64,000 nucleotides of DNA from Neocallimastix sp. 'constans'. Lineage: Eukaryota. Made by a program: the position numbers and the translations under genes. Of this stretch, positions 59,300-64,000 are shown piece after piece (position 1 is the stretch's first letter; each line of letters starts with the position of its first letter). Below the pieces are notes generated by a model that was not told where the DNA came from, did no database searches, and was given only the letters and a program-made list of their open reading frames with translations. Location of the stretch: positions 62,001-126,000 of the forward strand of contig JBODTK010000105.1 of NCBI GenBank assembly GCA_050613775.1, written 5' to 3'.

Positions 59300-59830
59300 T
59301 TTTATTCGATAATATAATGCAGTGTAACCTTAAAAACGGTATCAATACGGTTAGACTACTATAGAAAAATAATTATAAATTAACTCGAAATGACATATTC
59401 TTAAAATGGATAAAGTCTTTCTTAAAAATGTTAAAAAAGCAATAAAAAAAATAAATAAATAAATAAATAAATAAATAAATACATAATAAAATATAAAAAT
59501 ATAAAATAACATTTCTGATGACTAAAGTGTTATGTATTAACAGATTTATATAACACTTTAGTAATCAAATACTTTAGTAATCAGAGTCAGCAAAGACAAC
59601 AAATACATGTACTATAGAAAATAATAAAATAGTTATAAATTAATGGGTAATGACACATATTCTTTAAATGAATAATAAATATCTTTCTTAAAAATGTTTA
59701 AAAAAAAAAAAAAGCAAAAAACATAAATAAATGGGTAATGACACATATTCTTTAAATGAATAATAAATATCTTTCTTAAAAATGTTTAAAAAAAAAAAAA
59801 AAAAAAGCAATAAACATAAATAAATAAAAC
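59300..59830 (+). repeat. Dispersed repeat (homologous to 4660-4900) with an internal hairpin and two further tandem partial units (59610-59730, 59731-59830)
   Basis: Unit ACTATAGAAAA...ATGACA(CA)TATTCTT...TCTTTCTTAAAAATGTT..AAAAAGCAA recurs three times (third copy lacks the 5' part); inverted repeat at 59516-59567. Confidence 0.8.
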
Positions 59831-60150
59831 TGTTGGAACTACGTTTAATCATTCTACATCAGGTAAATCTCCCTTCCCCAACAAAAATGGTCACACTGAT
59901 AGAAAGAATGAATGAATCAGAACATTAGATAACTCTACGAAAACATTTCCCTCAATGCTCCTAAATTATCTCCTATTTTATGAGAGGAAGCTATTAAAAT
60001 TAAAATGGGCATATATTATTGTACAATTCAAAATCTGTATCAAGGAAGGAATTAATTTTAAAAATCCTGAAAAAAGTATTTTTTTTTTTTTAATAAGAAA
60101 AAAATTGATCTATCTATCTAAACTTTCAAAGTTTTTATGGATGTAAAAAA
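59830..60150 (+). mobile_element. Second, more decayed Ty1/copia integrase remnant
   Basis: Colinear similarity to 55515-55775 (TTTAATCATTCTA, ACAAAA(A)TG, CTAAATTATCTCCTAT, GAAGCTATTAAA, TATCTAAACTT, TGGATG); PQQ(K)NG motif region. Confidence 0.75.
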
Positions 60151-61348
60151 AATGGGTGAATGTTCAGTAATGAACATTAAGATATTATATAAAGTATATT
60201 AATTGATATAATGTATTGTAAAAAAGATTAAATATTGAATTAATGTAATCCTATTAACTAACAGAGTCCTTTTTTTCATAAAATATAAAAATAATAATAA
60301 AATAAATAAATAAATAAATAATATAAATATTTTGTGTGTGTATACACCACATTCTTTATGACTCCTTAACATATTATTAATATTTGTAAAAAAATTTTAT
60401 TTATGTCTTTTTTTTTTTTTTTTTTTAAAATGAATATAAATTACATTATTTTTTTTTTTTTTTATATAATTAATATTTAAATAATTAATGAATAATATGA
60501 TATAGATAAATTAATAATAATAATCTTGAAAATAAAAACTAAAAAATAATAAAAAAAAAATAATAATAAAAACATAAGGAAATTTAAAAAATATATATAA
60601 TATATAATAAAAAATAATATATAAAAATATAAAAATAAAAAATGATAATAAATTTGATAAAAAAATATAAAAAAAAAATAATAATAGATATATTAAATAA
60701 AAATTAAAACTAAAATAAAAAAAAAAAAAAAATAAAAAATAAAAATGATATAAAAAATAAAAATATTAAAATGATATTGAAAAACAATCATAAAATGGAT
60801 ATAAAAAAAATTAAATAATGAATAGAATAAAATAAAGGTTAAACATACATCAATAAAAAAAAATAAAAATGATAAAAAAAAATTTTTTTTTTTTTTTTTT
60901 TTGCTTTTTTTTTTTTTTGTTTCTAATAATAATAATTTTTTTTTTTTTTTTCTAAAATAAAAAAAGAAAAAAGTTTTTTTTTTTTAATTATTGTTGATAA
61001 TGGTTCATTTTAATCATATTATTAATTCCTTTAAATGTTTGAATATATAGAGAGTTGTGATGTAAAATAAAATAAAAAAAAAAAAAGTTATAAATTTAAT
61101 ATTAAATTATTACTAATAAATAGAGATGATAATTTTTGATTATTAATGATTTGATAAAATGTCTTTAGATAAGAATTGCTTTAGAGTTAGTTTTTATAGT
61201 ATGATAAGACCTTTAATTTATTTTTTTTTTTTTTTTTTCTACTTTCTTTCTTTAAAAAATTTCTTTTTTCTTTCTTTAAAAATTTCTTTTTTTTTTTATT
61301 TTTTTCTACTTTCTTTCTTTAAAAAATTTCTTTTTTTTTTTTTTTAAA

Positions 61349-61387
<39 letters not shown>

Positions 61388-61389
61388 CT

Positions 61390-64000
61390 TTAAGCATTCT
61401 TATAGAGCCAACCTAACCATAAAACTTGTTCATGTTGACGCCAATATTTAGCAATGGAAAAGGTATCAATGGTTCTCTGTCTCAATAACAAACCAAGTTT
61501 TTGTCTCTTTTCTTTAATGGTAGGATCACACATTCTTTGTTCTACCGCCTTCGGTCCCTGTCCCAATAAATCATCCAATTTTACCATGGGGGCTTCCGGT
61601 TCGATCAATTGTTCCAATCCATCGGTCATCGTTAACACTCTCAATTCACCAAGCGCCAATTGTCTTGCCTTTTGTGGTGGGACAATGGCACCAAAGACTT
61701 CACCGGTTTCCAAGTTAGATATTACTTCACGACTACCACCAACATCCGTACAAACCACCGGTAATCCACATAAACCTGCTTCACCAAGCGCCAATGGTAA
61801 ACCTTCCGTAATCGAAGAGTTGACAAACACCCAACCCGAGGGAAGGACCTTCGAAGGATTACCGAGACCCTGAAGAATGACGTTGTTTTGAAGGTTCAAC
61901 GAGTTAATCAAGTTTTGCGATTCCACAGCATAACCGGCATCCTTTTCCTTACTACCATAGATATGAAGTTGATAATTCGTAATATGAAGATCATTGACAA
62001 TGACATTAGCGGCCTGAATAGCATTATGAATATCTTTAACGGGGGAAATGTGCGAAAGCATCACCGCCAATGGACTTTGATTTTCGAGTTCTGGTTTTGG
62101 ATTAAAACGTGCCACATTCATACCATTCACGACGGGATAAATATTTCTGGCGACACGTTGTCTCTCGGCATCATCACCATACTTACCACCACCAAGCCAT
62201 TGCTCCCACGTAACATTCTGTATACTGGTACAAGGGGTAACATAGTCGGCATTGGCATACACCAGACGGGAGACCAACCGGGTCAACCCGACAAATCCTA
62301 TCTGGACAAACTTTGGCATATCGTCGGACGAGCAGAGACCAAAGAGACGTTCACGCCACAAGATACCGTGATCCCAAACGACCAACGTGGAACCATGAAT
62401 CTTCTTCGCAATGACCCCAAGAATAGCTTGAATACCATGATGCGAGGCATGAACGACCGGAACCTTATCCAACTTGGCCGAAAGTGGGAAAAGCAAACGA
62501 TTAATGAGCGAGAAAAGCATATCAATTTCCTTCAACGTCGGCATCTCTATATCAATCAACTTACCCTCTCTCAACTTCTGTTCCGAAACTTCTAACCAAG
62601 TACAAATCCAGGTACGTTGGGTGACGACATGATTCCATGAAATGGTCCAATCACACTTTTGGAAGTAAAGGTACAAATCGACAAACAGTTCCTCATACTC
62701 CTGTAACTTATCGTTCGTTAAGTCCTCGTCCATACAGGCATAAATTAACTGATAAATGATCGGTGAGAAAATATTGGAAACAATTTCATCCTTCGTATGC
62801 ATCTTCTTCCGACAAAGCTCACGATAATTCAACTTACGGTAAATGTTTTCATCAGGCGAGGCAAAATCAACATCCCAAAGTGGTAAATAGGTAATGGAAG
62901 CGATATTTCTTTCAATTTGATAATCACGTTGAACCGCTTCGGCCGAACCAATTTCAACCAACGCATGCCAACGAATGTGTTCCAAATAGTCGATAAGATC
63001 TCTACGACAACTACCGACACCACCACCACCAGTTGGCCAGGTACCACTATCCAAGTTCATGACGGAAAGAATGGTTTGATCTTGCTCCGTCTCGGATTGA
63101 CGACCTACCTCAGTACCATCACCACCAGTACCCAAGATCTCCAAATCGGAATACTTCAAGTGCATATTAGTACGGGTGGTAGGACGATCCGTGACCACCA
63201 AGATGACATCCAAAATATGCTTAACCTTCGTCAACGACTCTACCGCTTTTTCCTTTTCACCATGATCACGGTATTCCCAATACTTTTGAAGAACCTTTTC
63301 TTCACGAAGAAGATGTTCATCCAAGTTACGCGCAAAGACCCCTTCAATCTTATTGGCACGCCAGTACGTCCATAATTCTTGACGACGGAGGGAGGTGGAA
63401 TACTTGGAACTGAAGTAGGAAATGGTCTTCACCTTGTTATGCGAGATCCAACCCTTTCTTGATTTTAGGTCGTGGGTGAGCACTTCATTGTTGGCATAGA
63501 AGGAAGGCGAAGGGATATCGGTTAAGATCTTTAAGGGATCATTGGCAACTTCATAGGGCGTCTCCACCTGGACATAGTTATTCGTGACTTCAGAGTAAAG
63601 GACGGTATTGGTCTTCGTATTCTGTGGGTGAGAGTAGTCAAAGGTGGTGATGTAGACGACATTTGGATTATTCAAACGACGGAATTCAATACGCGAGAAC
63701 TTTGGGGCCTCGGCAAGCGTTGGGTTTTCAATCTTATAACCGGTGGCGTAAAAGGTGACCATCGACCAGTTCAGCTGATTACACTTGTACGAAATATACT
63801 TTGGTATGGGGTGAGTGACATTGTTGTTCGACGCCTTCTCATAGACATAGGTCGCATAGACATCAATATTTTCGCCGGTTTTTTCTTGTTTGACACGAAG
63901 GATGACCGTTGAGATACGATGGTTTTCTCCCTGATCATAAAAGATACGCTTCTTAAGATACTTTTGATTTTCGGCATGATTATCCGTAAGTTTAATATCC
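61390..64000 (-). CDS. gtb3: GT4 glycosyltransferase, C-terminal part of a Gtb3-like (PelF-related) galactosaminogalactan synthase; 5'-partial, frame open to the window edge (~870 codons visible)
   Basis: GT-B/GT4 signature NSSITEGLPLALGEAGLCGLPVVCTDVGG (E-x7-E), PelF-like WDHGILWRER and SHISPVKDI. LDSGTWPTGGGGVGSCRRD, YQIERN...LPLW and HEQVLWLG blocks are recalled from fungal Gtb3-family proteins. No stop between 63762 and 64000. Confidence 0.82.
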   Translation of the reverse strand, partial: DIKLTDNHAENQKYLKKRIFYDQGENHRISTVILRVKQEKTGENIDVYATYVYEKASNNNVTHPIPKYISYKCNQLNWSMVTFYATGYKIENPTLAEAPKFSRIEFRRLNNPNVVYITTFDYSHPQNTKTNTVLYSEVTNNYVQVETPYEVANDPLKILTDIPSPSFYANNEVLTHDLKSRKGWISHNKVKTISYFSSKYSTSLRRQELWTYWRANKIEGVFARNLDEHLLREEKVLQKYWEYRDHGEKEKAVESLTKVKHILDVILVVTDRPTTRTNMHLKYSDLEILGTGGDGTEVGRQSETEQDQTILSVMNLDSGTWPTGGGGVGSCRRDLIDYLEHIRWHALVEIGSAEAVQRDYQIERNIASITYLPLWDVDFASPDENIYRKLNYRELCRKKMHTKDEIVSNIFSPIIYQLIYACMDEDLTNDKLQEYEELFVDLYLYFQKCDWTISWNHVVTQRTWICTWLEVSEQKLREGKLIDIEMPTLKEIDMLFSLINRLLFPLSAKLDKVPVVHASHHGIQAILGVIAKKIHGSTLVVWDHGILWRERLFGLCSSDDMPKFVQIGFVGLTRLVSRLVYANADYVTPCTSIQNVTWEQWLGGGKYGDDAERQRVARNIYPVVNGMNVARFNPKPELENQSPLAVMLSHISPVKDIHNAIQAANVIVNDLHITNYQLHIYGSKEKDAGYAVESQNLINSLNLQNNVILQGLGNPSKVLPSGWVFVNSSITEGLPLALGEAGLCGLPVVCTDVGGSREVISNLETGEVFGAIVPPQKARQLALGELRVLTMTDGLEQLIEPEAPMVKLDDLLGQGPKAVEQRMCDPTIKEKRQKLGLLLRQRTIDTFSIAKYWRQHEQVLWLGWLYKNA

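Noticed and set aside
61454..63912. Several plus-strand ORFs of 94-235 aa antisense to the GT4 gene
   Set aside because: Shadow ORFs expected from the higher GC content and codon bias; no recognisable motifs.

Overview
This is extremely AT-rich, intron-rich eukaryotic DNA. The homopolymer- and microsatellite-laden intergenic DNA, GT-AG introns and fungal-type genes fit an anaerobic gut fungus (Neocallimastigomycota); that assignment is an inference. Four spliced genes could be modelled by hand: LST8 (minus, 9 exons, 315 aa), a ~1986-aa Asn/Ser-rich protein with a C-terminal PAM2-like motif (plus, 4 exons), a WD40 protein with some EED/ESC-like motifs (plus, at least 13 exons) and exportin-T/Los1 (plus, 9 exons, 986 aa). 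There is also an intronless Cys-rich type I membrane protein. At the right edge lies the C-terminal ~870 codons of an uninterrupted, noticeably GC-richer GT4 glycosyltransferase. It closely resembles Gtb3, the PelF-related galactosaminogalactan (GAG) synthase of Aspergillus, and is the most interesting signal: a possible GAG/Pel-type exopolysaccharide system in an early-diverging fungus. A frameshifted intronless ORF at 15.4-16.2 kb carries phage tail-fibre-like repeats. The rest is decayed LINE (APE-RT) pieces, Ty1/copia integrase remnants, a small dispersed repeat with a hairpin, and microsatellites. No tRNA, rRNA or CRISPR array was seen.
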